This document shows positions 50,287 to 62,915 of a stretch of 64,000 nucleotides of DNA, piece by piece. Positions within the stretch are counted from its first letter, which is position 1, and the number at the start of each line of letters is the position of its first letter. The stretch is from Hydrolagus colliei. Lineage: Eukaryota. Under the pieces are notes generated by a model, which saw nothing but the letters and a program-made list of their open reading frames with translations, ran no database searches and was not told where the DNA came from. Position numbers and translations under genes: made by a program. The stretch is from positions 9,734,001 through 9,798,000 of the forward strand of contig CM068750.1 in the NCBI GenBank assembly GCA_035084275.1, given 5' to 3'.

Positions 50287-51405
50287 TATAAGGGAAATAA
50301 AGAAAAAAATGTAAGACTTTTAAACTTTGAACAGATGTTGACACTTAATGGAATTCCAGACGAGATGTGATTTTTTTTCTTTCAACATCAAGCAGAGGAC
50401 CAACGGCACAAGCCCAGGCTATTGTGAAGTCAAAGGCTTTCTTCACGTGAACTTACCTTCAATGTAACGTTCCTCTGGAAAAGACTGAAAGATTTATTAC
50501 TACTGTAGTATAAATATAGGAACTAAGTTAACTTGTACATTTCTGTTGATCACTCTATTTCTGTTGCTTCCAATAGTTTTTAGAAAGAAAGTTATCCTTT
50601 TTCCACACTATGTGTGTTGTTCCCAAAATGGTTGACCTCGAACAGCAATGGAGCCATGTTACAGGACAGACTGTGCCCACGGTAGCCAACCTGCCATAGA
50701 GGAAAAAGCTAAGGCGAAGAAAATGTAAAGACTTTGCTGGATGCGGCCAGAAGCAAAGGTTTTAAGAATGTGCTCACATACCTGATTTTTACTGGAACAA
50801 AACGTGCCCTGTAGTTGCAAGGCCTATTCAGGGTGAAGAGCCCAAGTCCGATCATGTTTTGGAGGTGACTCTTCTTCAAAGAGCTTGTTGATGGAAACCT
50901 GAAGGTGAATTAGCAGCTTCCTTCTATGGCTGTGGGCCATAGCATTGAGAAAAAAAAAACGTTGTCACATGGAACATAAACAGGCAACGGTGAATGAATG
51001 CTCTTGGGCAGAATTTTCTTAGTGAAAGATCCTTTTGTTGGTCTTGCACCAAAAAACAGAGACCTTTTTAAATGAACTCGAATAAAACTGCTTGGAACAA
51101 GCAAGAAAAATACTGTAACATACTTCGTACAGAGAGTTCAGTATATTAATTGTTACATGTTAGATATCTATGTGTTTACCTCAATGAGAAAATAACGAAT
51201 GTTTTGCTAGTATCAAAATCTGCTGTGGAATTGGTATTGTATGTCAATGAATTCCTTACTTTATCAGCACGTGTCACTAGAGAAAAAAATGCTGTTTCCC
51301 TTGCGAGCTTTGTCAGATTACATAAATACTTGTATGAGGACTGTGACGTATGTTTAAAAGGTGTTCAGTCACAAAATGCCGTAATAAATATTTCATTTTT
51401 AGATT
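50287..51405 (+). other. MEIS2: MEIS2 3' UTR
   Basis: Follows the stop codon. AATAAA at 50296, 51081 and 51383; the last is followed by a U-rich tract (tttttttt tctgttttat). Confidence 0.75.
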
Positions 51406-51420
51406 TTTTTTCTGTTTTAT
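51383..51420 (+). terminator. Likely main polyadenylation signal with downstream U-rich element
   Basis: gtAATAAAtatttcattttt followed by a T/GT-rich tract. Confidence 0.7.
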
Positions 51421-54400
51421 AACACAACTGTATGGCTTCAGCTTTCTTGGACTTTCCTCCACAAGTAGATGCTGCTAAAAAAAAAGGAATCGGACCTTTT
51501 CCTTGGTGTGTGTGCTTTATTTTCCCCCATTCTCTTTTTCGGGTTTACTCTTCTTATTATTCTTCTTATAAAATTAAAACACTCCCCACCTCACAAGCTG
51601 GCATGCTGCTGATAACGCTTCCAAACAGAAACAGTTGGTCTGTAGTTTGGCCAAGGCGGTGAGTGACATTAAAAAAGATTGTGTCCTCTTTGCTGCAGAT
51701 GTGTGTGTCTGTGTGTGTGTCCACCCACTAAACCTAAATACAAAAGGGCGAGGATTTCAGTTCCCAGCGTTGGGAAGAAAAACACCAAAATCGGTTTTTT
51801 TTAAAAAAAAGGGCCCAAGGCACGTGAAAGAAGAACTCGGGTTCTAAAAGAGTGAAGCGTATATCACAAGAGTGTGTGCGGGGTGTTTTTTTTCTAAAAC
51901 AAAACCCCAAAATAATATAAAAAAACACGAGCGTGTTCATTGCATTGCCACACAAATTAAATGTTTCAAACACTTTGCATCAACGCCCAATGGTAAGAAG
52001 TGCGGCGTCTCACGCTCTGTTCAACGTGAACTAGTTTTTTTTGCTTTTTTTAAAAAAAAGAGAGAGAGAGAGCAAATCTCGCAGTCAGGTAATGTAATAC
52101 AACAATCTTCCAAAGTTCATAAACTGCTAGTCTCCACACACACACATACACATACACACAGCTCACACACACAACAACAACAACAACAACAGCATTGTAA
52201 GAGCATATTGCCTACCGTGTTTACATTCCTCTTTAAATATTTGATGTGACTGTCAAACTGCTCCTACTTTGGTCAGGCAGGAACACGGCATCCGTAAAAG
52301 GCAGTGAGTCTACTTTCTACTTTCCGCCAAAGAGCAAACCTGGATGCTCGTGTCAAGTACGGTTTATTTCAAATAACTGTTTTTATCTATTATCATTTTT
52401 TTTAAAATGGGGTGAGTCGTCTCCCCCCCCCCCTGCACCCCATTTCCGACTGCTCCAAATAGTAGAGAAAAGCCAAGCGTGCGTATAAAATGTGCAAATC
52501 AGATTGCCCAGTATTTGAGTAGAATTGTAATGTATTTAAACGCCGGGATTCTCCCCCTGCCCTTCCCCCCCCCCCCCCCCCCCCCCTCCCCCACTCCCCC
52601 ACTTTGTTTACAGAGCTTCTTATTAAAGTTTATAAAGAAAAAAAAGCAGCGTGGATTAATAAACATTAAAAACAAGTGTGTGTACAGAGAAGGACGTTTT
52701 ATATTAGAAATCGTTTGTACTTGGATGAACATTATAGGCATGTTGAAATCCTCTCCGTTTTATCCTACTTGTATCTTGAAGCGTGGGGTACGTTGTAATT
52801 TTGTATTGTAAGACATTGCATTGCAAGCTGAAAATCCAAACCTCGTTTACCGTGTGATTTCTTCCTTTTTCCTTTTAAAAAATATCCAAAGTTTTCGGAC
52901 GGTTTCTTTGACTCTTGCTTTTCGGGTAAAAAGTGTTGCATTTCATTCACAGTTTGTATCTAAAAACAAAATCATTCGTTCAATGCAGTTTCAGTTAATA
53001 CAGCTTCTCCCTCTCAGTGTGTTGTCAACAACATGCAATCCTCACGGCAATGCTTTCTATGAAAACTTGGGTTTTGAGTAGTAATCTTTGATCTGAACGC
53101 CCAGAAATACTTATTAGTCGATTCCTTATTGCTGGTCTCTTCCCAAAGGCACCTATGAACTTGCTTTCGCCTGTTTAAAAAGAGGCAGAAGAGTATTTTA
53201 TAATTCGAAAATTTCCAATTCAATCCCCTTTTAGTCAATTAAGGCGGAGTGTTCAATTAATTGTGTAAATGATTCCATTCGTTGCACTGGGACATTTTTC
53301 CTTGTTATAAATAAATAATTTAGGTTTCCATTTCTATTAAAATTTAGCATCCAAAAGTTGGATTATTTTGTAACACCAGGCAATAAAATGCAACAGAGAG
53401 GCGCTCCCGAGCCTGTGTCAAATTCTCCTCTGTTGTAGGCATTCTGGATCCTTTCTCTTTAACTTAGTCAGTGTGTAATAAACTTTATGCAAACTTAACG
53501 CCTATTTTTGAACAACGGTTGTGGTTTATTTAAAATAAAGGCTAGTTGGTACTTTTGTTGCGATAGTTGGTCTTCACCCGAAATTTCTGTGTTGTTTTTA
53601 GTTTAAAAAATATTTGTTAATAAATTAAAGTAATCAGAATATATCGTCGTTTTTGTACGTGGAACGTCTAAGAAAATGTGATGCAATTTGCCTATAATAT
53701 GTTGGATGAGATAATGTGCAGGTTTAGAGTGGGTGCTTTGTGCATAAAGCTTAATGATTAGGTGAATTGTGAAATGAGCAACTGGGTGCCCCGTTTAAGG
53801 CTGTGAGAGGGGTTTATTGGCCTTTTTTTTGGCTTTTGATTTTAAAGTCACAAAGAATGATCGATACACGCCATGAAATTGTACCCTTCCATGCCCTTGA
53901 GCATTCTTTACCCGATTCGGTACATAAATAATTTGTAAGGCTAACGTCTAGGTATATATATATATAATAAATAATGTGAATAATAAATATATCAGTTTAT
54001 ATAAATTCTACTTTCCAAAAATGCGGGGCTGTTTTATTTAACAAACCGATCAATCCACACAAAAAGAAACCTTTGGTGCTTCCTGAAATCATTTTAATTT
54101 TGTTATGAAGGTGATGGCAAAATGAATCGGACTGTGACCCGCCAATGTAACACTGGAAAGTTTGGGGGCTGGAGAGATTTTGCATCGACTCTGGCTTTAT
54201 GTGTATTCTTGAAAAACAATTGATTAAAATGAAACAACCAGTCCACCTAAAGTAATTTAGAAGAAAAATCTATAAAAAATCAAAATCCCAAGAAAAATTA
54301 ATTTACATAATTGACTATTGGAAATGCAAGACAATATATATTTTATCGCAGTAAATAAAATAAAGTGCGGTCTTCGGATTCAATTACTTAAATCGGTCTA

Positions 54401-56395
54401 AATAAATAAATAAACAATCGTTGAGAGGGTACAAGGAACTGCAAAGTTTAGTTTTTTTTAAAACAAACTCGACTACAGGTTTGTGTTCAGAGAAAAAGAA
54501 TATGGTAAAATCAACCGACGGGAGTGGGGGGGGGGGGGGGGGGGGGGAGCAGTAAACTTGAACCGTGTGTAAAGATTTCTCTACATTTTGAATTTTTTTT
54601 ACCAACCATTTTAGCTATAAACATGTTACTATGGAGATTCTGTGTATCCCAACCCCTAGAGCCCAGAGTGGGTCAGAGAAAACGCCGCTATTTCTGGAGA
54701 TCATTTATCACTGTCACCAGATAATGATTCCCGCAGCAACCTCCTATTGATGTGTATAATTGCATTATCTCATATGGAATGATCAATGAAAATGGGAGCC
54801 AGGCATGGGATAATCAGCAAACGCCTGCAACAAAAAAACTTCTAGGCTCTTTTCAAATATACAAAAAAAAACTCTTTACAAACTCGATTCGTGTCTCATG
54901 ATCTCAGCTTCAACCCATTTGTTTTTGGAAAAAAAATCCAAAGAGCTTTCTGTTTTTACACGGCTCGAGAAGTCCTCACGTTAAAAAAAAACGACCAATA
55001 TACCAACAGAAGAAAACGAATCAATTTCGGATTGTGTTACCGCTTCTCACGGAAGTTACTGTATTACAAATTACCAATGAACGCTTTCTCTGAGGAAACT
55101 TACGCTTTATCTCATGGTTCCAAGTGAATCAATACAAATAAATGGTGAATTCCAGTTTTATTGTCTTTCCCCCACCACCACTACCTCAAGTGTATGTATA
55201 TATATATGTATGTGTGTGTGTGTTTGTCTGCATGATCACCTGTAATATTTTTTAATCTGTCTCACCGTTTTATTTCACGATATGACAGTGTTCCTCTTTG
55301 TCTTGTGTGTTTAGGTTTGCAGTAAATTGAGGCTTTATTTTCCGCGTTAAAACCGCACGCATCGCCCCGTTACACCTCCCGCAAAGCAAGGTTTAAAACT
55401 AATTCCGAAGGTTCCTATGTTACTAACACAAATCGTGCGATTGCGGCCGTTATCTCCAATTTAACACGATTCCCTCCGTTATATGGATACCGCAAATATC
55501 TCAGCTTGAACATCTTTCACGAAAGAGAAAAAAAAATGACACCCCGTTTTCTTTTGCTTTAGTTTCCCTTGCACTGAAATGAAAAGACATTCTTTGCAAA
55601 GTTGCAAAAAAAAACGGGAGTCGACGGTTAATCGTAACATGTTGTGGTTTTTCTGGTGCGAAATCATTGCAACGTAGAAGAGATAAGTTTAGCCTCATTT
55701 TTTAAAGCCAAAGTCTTGCAAACTGCTGTGAAGTCACGCCTAATAACATCGCATCTTATTTGCATTCGGTTAAACTGATCTTGGTACATGAACAAATGCG
55801 AACGCTTGAATTAAGTTTTATCACATGCAGATTTCTGCTTTATTGTTAATGTATTGCACACGATTTTTTTTAAACCTCATTTATCAACACAGTAAAGAAG
55901 AAATTCACATTTACCGAGGCTGTACATTACACCGTTATTGGGCATCGGTGTTGCACTGTAATGAAGCTTATTTAATAGTTCTCCATTGTTCCGACATGCA
56001 TCGTGCTCGAAATTTCATTTGGTCTTAGCCTGACTGACTGTTTTGTCTTCCAATGTAAGATTGTGCAGAATCGTAGATTTTTTTTAAAAAAAATCAGCTT
56101 TAATGTGGAAGTCGGTTCGTTGCAGAAAGCCAGCCAGCTTCCAGATCCAAACTGAATTTAGCATTGTTTCCAACCAATCTGAAAATTTAAGGCGAAAAAA
56201 TATTCACGAGCTGTTTATAGGTGACTTGATGGAAATTCAGGCCTAACTAGAGCTAGTGTTTTACCCGTTTTTGTTTTGTTTCCCATTCATTCATTCATCC
56301 CTTATCTGGACGTGTATACAGATATCCCTTATCAGTTTCAAAATCACTTCCACCTCTTTCCACTGTACGGATCTTTCTGTGTAAGTGTAAATCTG

Positions 56396-56426
56396 GAGAG
56401 AGAGAGAGAGAGAGTGTGTGTGTGTG
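56396..56426. repeat. Compound (GA)n(GT)n microsatellite
   Basis: Seen directly. Confidence 0.9.
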
Positions 56427-59352
56427 GAGACGACGACGACTGAACACTGCAATATTTCGGCTATCATTATTTTGCGAGAAGTGGGGAGTGGGAGAGGTGG
56501 CGAGGTGGGGGCGGGTGGTGGCAGATTGACCCGTTTAAAGCTAATAATGTACATTTTTATTGGTCCTAAAAGCAATCTATAGATCTATAGGTGACGTCAA
56601 TGTGTATTCGGTATGTAGGGCTGGAGACGTCACGAGGTTTCTCAATGTGGTCTAGTGTGAGATGTAACACTGAACCCAAAGAAAACCATTGGAATTGGAG
56701 AGAAGACTGACTGACTGACTGACTGTGTGTTCAGGGAAACTTGTCATCCACCGTGTATGTTACGTGCATGTATGTAAACGCGGAAGTGTCTCGTTACAGT
56801 GAAATTTCACCTCCTCCTGTTCTTATCGTGTGAAAACTTCGGATGCCCTTTTCTATCCAAACGGATTGCACACGGATGCATTGGGATGGCCAGCCGTCGC
56901 GTTTACCTGAACACTATTTAGGAATGGATGCGATATCAGCCGAGTAAGTCGTGAGTTTGCAGTCGTACTGTGCTAGCTGGCGAGTAGCTGTCACGACTGA
57001 AAGGTTGGACAAAAGATAAGGCACAATGATTAAAACGATACCAAGAGAGCGCGTTTACTGCATCCAGTATAAACAATCAGAAAGCCAGCATTTCCTGGCG
57101 GCACAAACCTGATTAATGTATCTCGGTTCTTATTTAGAACAAGTTTAAAAAGCGTCAACAGATTATTACCCGCAGGAAGGTCCAAAATATTTTGCATAAT
57201 TATCCCCAGTGCGTAAATGCCAACTCTTATTTGCTTTCGATGATCAAGCCCTGAGGGGGGGGGGGGGGTGGTGCTGAAATAATCTATTTATTACTTGTAA
57301 TATTTTCTATCTTTACAGGCATTTCGGACTTACGCGGAGATTCAGATCTGATAACACATATGTCTTTACCAAAGAACAACGAATACAGTTTTTTTTAAAA
57401 AAAGGTTTCTATTTATTGAATTAGCTCAACACTTGCCATTTAAGAGCCTGTATTTGAGAACGTTTAATTGGAACTGGCGCAAAAAGAAAATCATAAAAAA
57501 TAATACTAATAATTCCACTATAAAGCAATGCAAACGCACGTTTAAAAAGACGCATCATTCCCCATTAGCAATCTGATATACACACACACACACACATGCA
57601 TGCATGACGAATGAAAACGTATGCCGCTCGGTTTGAAGAATACTTACTATCAATATTACATGGGCGATTGCAAAAGAATGTTTTAGGGAAAAAAAAGTCT
57701 AGGGCAGCAAAGGAAAGCAACCATGTGCCTTGCTATTAGAAGTACTGATTAATAACTAGCGGGATAATGTTCACAGCCTTTTCTGCCCGACTGCCCTTTT
57801 GAATTAGAGACGATTTCTATACTCTCCAGAGTGTCTATCTTCCAGGAGAATGAGTGACGGATTTTCCAACCCCCCCACCACCCACCCACCCCTCTCCTCT
57901 CCACTCTCCTCGAACTTTAATGATGTAAATATTCTAATTAGTAAATCACTCTGCTGAAGGCAAGAACATGATATTCAATCGCAAGCTCTGCAAAAAGAGA
58001 GACTGAAGTTGATCATGCACCTTTTACTCGAATAATAGAAAAAAAAGATCTGGGTTAGGGGGGTGGTGGTGGGGTTTGGGGGGATATGTTTTTTTGGGGG
58101 GCGGGGAGAGAGGGAAGAGGAGGAGGTGAGGGGGGGGGGGGGGGGAAACAATAAAAAAAAAATAAAAAGTTGAGATAAAGTTGAGCCTCAAGCTTTTGCT
58201 GAAAAATCTTAGCCATTTTCAATCTGCTAAGATTTAATTAGAAGCCCCGGGCGCGACGCTCAAATGAAGACCCCTTTTTCTCATTAGTTTCCCATCACTA
58301 ATCTTGGGTGTTATGTTGGCTTAAAGGTTGTCAACATTTGACCAATTCCGAACCCCCCCCCCCCCCCCCCCCCCCCCACCCACCACTATAGCTCCGGGAC
58401 CTGCAGAACAAGGGAAATAAATCGTGCGCGAATCAGCGGAACTAACAGGCGCAAAAATGTTGATAATTTATCGTTACAAATCGTTGTATTTCTTACAAGC
58501 GTAATATATATATTTATATTTCTCTCTCTCTCTCTCTCTCTCTCCATAACAAGAAAAGGGCTATTAATGTTCCCGCGGGTAGTTTAGGGCTAATGCCTGA
58601 TATTAATTGCGACATTGTATGATAACTGTAAATAGCAGAGACCAGCGAGTTTGTGAGATTGCAGGCTGGGTTTTGTTGGGGAAGGGGACGGGGAGGGGGT
58701 GGCGGGGGTGGGGGGGGGAGATTTCCTTGTGTTGTGGGCTATGTGAAGGGATGGAGGGAGGAAGGGAGGGAGAGGGAGTGAGAAAGTGAGTCAAGGGAAT
58801 GACATCCGAGCTCCCCCTACCGACCAATGCCATTGAAACTGATCAAAACTGACCTGCAGCCAACAACCTACCTACAGCCAACCTACTGACTTACTGACTA
58901 ACCCAACACGTAGAGGGGGGGGGGGGGGGACAGACACCCACAAGCAGCAGCACAGCGGTTCATAATGTTACTAATCACGACAGCTTTAAATAATCCATTA
59001 TGTACCAACACATAAAATAATGCAACAACAGCAACAACAACAGCAAACCAGAGGAGGTTAGAAGCACACTTGCCAGACTGTAATCAACCTGGTTGCTAAT
59101 CCGATCACCTTCACAACCCAGTGCGAAGCTTTATACAGGTATGGGGCGGGGGTGGGGTGTGGGGAGAGTAGTATGTCGGCCTCAGCTAACCTCGAACAAA
59201 TCATTTTTTAAATATATATTTTAAAAAAGTGTTTGCGGACAGACATTCACTGGGTTCGAACACAATAGCAATTTAAAAGTACGACAGGATCAAGCGAGGC
59301 TTTGATACGCGGCTTTTGTTATGAAATTTGCACCCCAAAAAAAAGCTTGTTT

Positions 59353-59372
59353 TGTGTGTGTGTGTGTGTGTG
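59353..59372. repeat. (TG)n microsatellite
   Basis: Seen directly. Confidence 0.9.
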
Positions 59373-59805
59373 TAGGTGAGAGAGTTCCCACATCGGAAAT
59401 CTTCTGATCGAAAGTAAATGGTAACTTACACACAAGGAAATGTGTTCATTGAACGCACCTTCAAGAAGAATACGTGGAAACATTGCTGTGGTGGGTGGGT
59501 GTGGAGTGTGGGGGGGGGCGAGAGAAATGCTAAGTTTTTTTTGATGTCTTACATGAAATCAAAGCAGCCCGGTGGCGTGTGTGGAGTAAAGTTCGTCCTG
59601 TATTGTGCGGGTGGGACAGAGAAGCTAGAAACCCCCTCCCTCAGTACAACAGTCCCGTCTCTGGCATTGACAGCTTTACCTGTGCAGTCAGTCCAAATAC
59701 AGCTCAATGAGAAATAAATACTGATTTGACGGAATACAATAAAAGATGATTCAAGGAGTACATTTGTGGAAGGATGGCTTGTCGCCCTCCCCCAGGCTTA
59801 AGATA

Positions 59806-59836
59806 ATATATATTATATATATATATATATATATAT
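59806..59836. repeat. (TA)n microsatellite
   Basis: Seen directly, with one interruption. Confidence 0.9.
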
Positions 59837-59941
59837 TTAAATTGGCTTTTAAAATGTAGAACCCATGGTCCATTTAGCGCAGAAAAAAAGAGCTGATTTT
59901 CTCACGGGAATGGCTAAAGATCAAGAAAGCTAAACACAAAT

Positions 59942-59966
59942 ACACACACACACACACACACACACA
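59942..59966. repeat. (CA)n microsatellite
   Basis: Seen directly. Confidence 0.9.
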
Positions 59967-62175
59967 GTGCCGATCCTAATTCTAAACCCCACACGGTATG
60001 ATTAAACACATTCTCTATTTCAATTTCATTCGATCCTGATCACACCTGCACTGTGATCAAATTTTTTTAAAAATTAAATGGAAAAAAATATTGTATACCG
60101 TGTGCTTAAGATCAGAAGGTTGAATCTTTTTTTTTACCGATTGGAAAAGCAAATGTGTTTACTGTGAACAGTGGCTTTAAAATATAGAGCCAACCTCACG
60201 GAAGCAATATCAGCATTCAATCGTTTATATATTAACCAAACACTCCACTGCAACAATTGCAGTAACTTAACACCGACCGTGCTCAGGTTAAAGGCTGGGG
60301 GTTTTAAAAAAAACATTACAACACTGCCCGCAATCGTCTCAAATAGCGAGTACACCTATTGTTAACGTTTATATTGGTAGCGGTGGAGGCTTGCAAAGGG
60401 AGTGTTTGTTAAATAATACAATTAAGCAGATCGTTACAAACATCTCTCGAATCGCAACAGTCTTTGCAATTATTTGTCTGCCTTAAATGAATGATATGCT
60501 TGTTGCACGAATGTCTGGCCAAGGCAAGGGGACTAAAATAAATGGTCATTTCAAGTAGGAGATCAAAATATGTTCCCTGCAAAGGTTATGGTACTTTGGA
60601 CTTGTTTTTTTTTCCTATTGAAATGTTTTGCAAAAGATAGATTTATACAGTACATGACAAACGCACTAAAGATCTTTTGTAGAGACGTTGAACCATTGTT
60701 CAATTGAAGCTTGTTCCTCACAACTCTTTTAAAAATAAGGAGAGTGAGTCAGACATCAAATTGCAGACAAAGAAACAACCTGTTAACCAAAGCAGATGAA
60801 GAGGATGACAAAACAGAGAATGAAATTGCAATGTTGTAGAAATTCAAGGGGATTAAAGTTCCACCCTTTGAAAACTTCAAATTACACTGAGGTATGAAAA
60901 AGAGAGGCAAAACAGACTTAGAAAAATAGGAGTTTATTTTAGAAACAAAAAATGTAAAGTTAAAATTCTGAATTCTACCAATAGCGGTGTATTTATATAG
61001 TTTTAAAACACATCTTATTCTATTCGATTACATTGGGTCATTGAAGACATTAGGATTTTTTTTTGCTATCAATGCAGTTTCATGGTTTGTGCAAATTGAT
61101 CCCTAAAGTAAGAAATCCAGAAATCTTTCAGAGGGAAATGTAATCCTTGAGAAATATATTACTTGCTTTGTCCATCTGAATTTCACAAATCTATATTTGT
61201 CCCCTTTCAGGTTTAGTCTTATGTATCCACCTTACAAATGGAACTCAGTTCACATGCTGCCTGAGGAAGAACATTTGAAAACACACTACACTTTCTGTTC
61301 GCACTTCAAGAAAGAAAAGGGGGTATATCTGTTAAGATACTAACCCTCGGAGATGCTTGCCATAAATAGAACGAGGCTAAGAGTTCAGAGTCGTTCTTGA
61401 AAGAAAGTGCCATAAATTCTTTAATTCTGAAAAATATTTTTTGCTTCATTCAGAATCAATACTGAGCCATTAAACATTGCATCAAATGTTCAAGCAGCAG
61501 TGACATTTGGCAAGAAAAACTCTAAAGTAATGCATGCTTTACAAACCGAGGTATCAGGTAGCAACACTGAGTTAAGTACCATACTCTCAGCAACAATGAC
61601 AGAAGATATTAATATACTGGAAATGGATGCCAGAAGGAAGAGTTTTAAAGGGAAGCTACACTTGGCGATGAGTAGCCCCTGTTAGCAGCCGGAAGCAATG
61701 GTGCTGAAAAGCTATAGCTGGTGACAGGAACTTTTTTTAAAAAAAGCCTTGAAGACTGCAGCTGACAGCAATACATAGTTTTCTAATAACAGATAGTGTG
61801 ACCGATGATATTCCACCCTTCATTAAATCTAATACTGTTTATAGGTCTATTAACTTTGATATTATAGTACGTTCAAGTGACACGATTACCCCATGATTTT
61901 AGTCAGAGTGAAATAGTCTTGGTAAAATACTCGAAAATGGGGCGGGGGAATTCTGTTCAACTAATTTTTAATAATTCCAGTTAATTTCATGCATTCACCG
62001 ATGGATTGAGTTGAGTGAACAGTTTGCTGCCCAATGATGTGCAATCAAAATACAATTGTTGAAATCAAGTAGAAAATAGCTTAGAATCTAGAAATATTTC
62101 ATTCTTCTGCAAATCAACTAGATATGTTTACATCAGGTACATATTGATAATTTATATAATGTTGTTAGCTAAATA

Positions 62176-62471
62176 GGACTCCTGTAGCTCAGTAATTAGA
62201 GCACTCACCTCGCAAGCGATAGACCTGGGTTCGATTCCCAGCAGAGTGAAACCGTGCGCAAATTCTCCTTACTTGACACACCTGATAATAATCCCTCAAG
62301 TAAAAAATAAACCTTTTCAATCCATAACTGTTTGTGGGACACTGCTGTGCGCATTTGACTGCCGCATTTCACCCCAAATGTACAGTCAATTCACTTTACA
62401 GTATATACTTTGAAGCACTTTGAGATGTCTAGGAGATGTGTAAAATGCTATATCAAATGCAAGGATTATTA
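62176..62471 (+). mobile_element. Full-length tRNA-derived Deu-type SINE
   Basis: A box tagctcagtaa, tRNA-Ala-like loop ctcgcaa, consensus B box ggttcgattccc, core gtgggacactgctgtgcgcatttgactgccgc, tail aaatgcaaggattattat. Confidence 0.9.
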
Positions 62472-62594
62472 TATATAAATATTCTTGAGAGGAACAATAT
62501 ATCAAAACCTTTTAAAATCTATTTGTTTGTTCTCCCAAATACTTTCCATTTTGTTTCCCCATTTAGGTTAAGATGCTAAAGTGAGTGCACTTAT

Positions 62595-62915
62595 CGATAC
62601 ACTGCACCTTAATTTGTTTAAGATGGTTTCAAAAATATAGAACAAGGGGACATGATCTTGAACTCTGAGGTGGACGGTTGAGTAGACAATTTGTAGTTAT
62701 TTATTTTATCCTGAGCTGTGAATTTGTGGAATAAACTATCCAAGCAGGGTAGTGAAGGCAGCTTGTATCAGCATATCCAAGAGGGAATTGGATAGCTATT
62801 TGGCGAAGAATATAATTGAGGTGAGATAGGGTGGTTAGGGTCCTTTAAGAATAGATATTTTAGTTTTACTTTGGGGAGACAGATGGATCACAATAGTCTT
62901 TTCTGGTCCGGTACA
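62595..62915 (+). mobile_element. CR1 LINE 3' remnant (decayed ORF2 C-terminus and 3' UTR)
   Basis: Broken translation RTRGHDLEL*...AVNLWNKLS...KRELDSYL matches the CR1 ORF2 C-terminal pattern TRGH...WN.LP...FK..LD. Confidence 0.8.

Larger units (their letters stand above)
51700..60500. promoter_or_regulatory. CpG-retaining domain downstream of MEIS2 (candidate non-methylated island)
   Basis: About 15 CpG in 55321-55500 versus 0 in an equal-length intronic sample at 36301-36480; no recognisable transposons. Boundaries are approximate. Confidence 0.65.

Noticed and set aside
50296-50301. AATAAA 10 nt after the stop codon as main poly(A) site
   Set aside because: Lies in an A-rich patch without a clear downstream element; UTR-like sequence continues to the better signal at 51383.
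51872-52811. ORFs with poly-Q, poly-P and HT repeats
   Set aside because: Translations of microsatellites and homopolymers.
62176-62250. tRNA-Ala-like gene (and the similar head at 7783-7860)
   Set aside because: Has A and B boxes but no proper acceptor stem and runs straight into a SINE body shared between copies; it is a SINE head.
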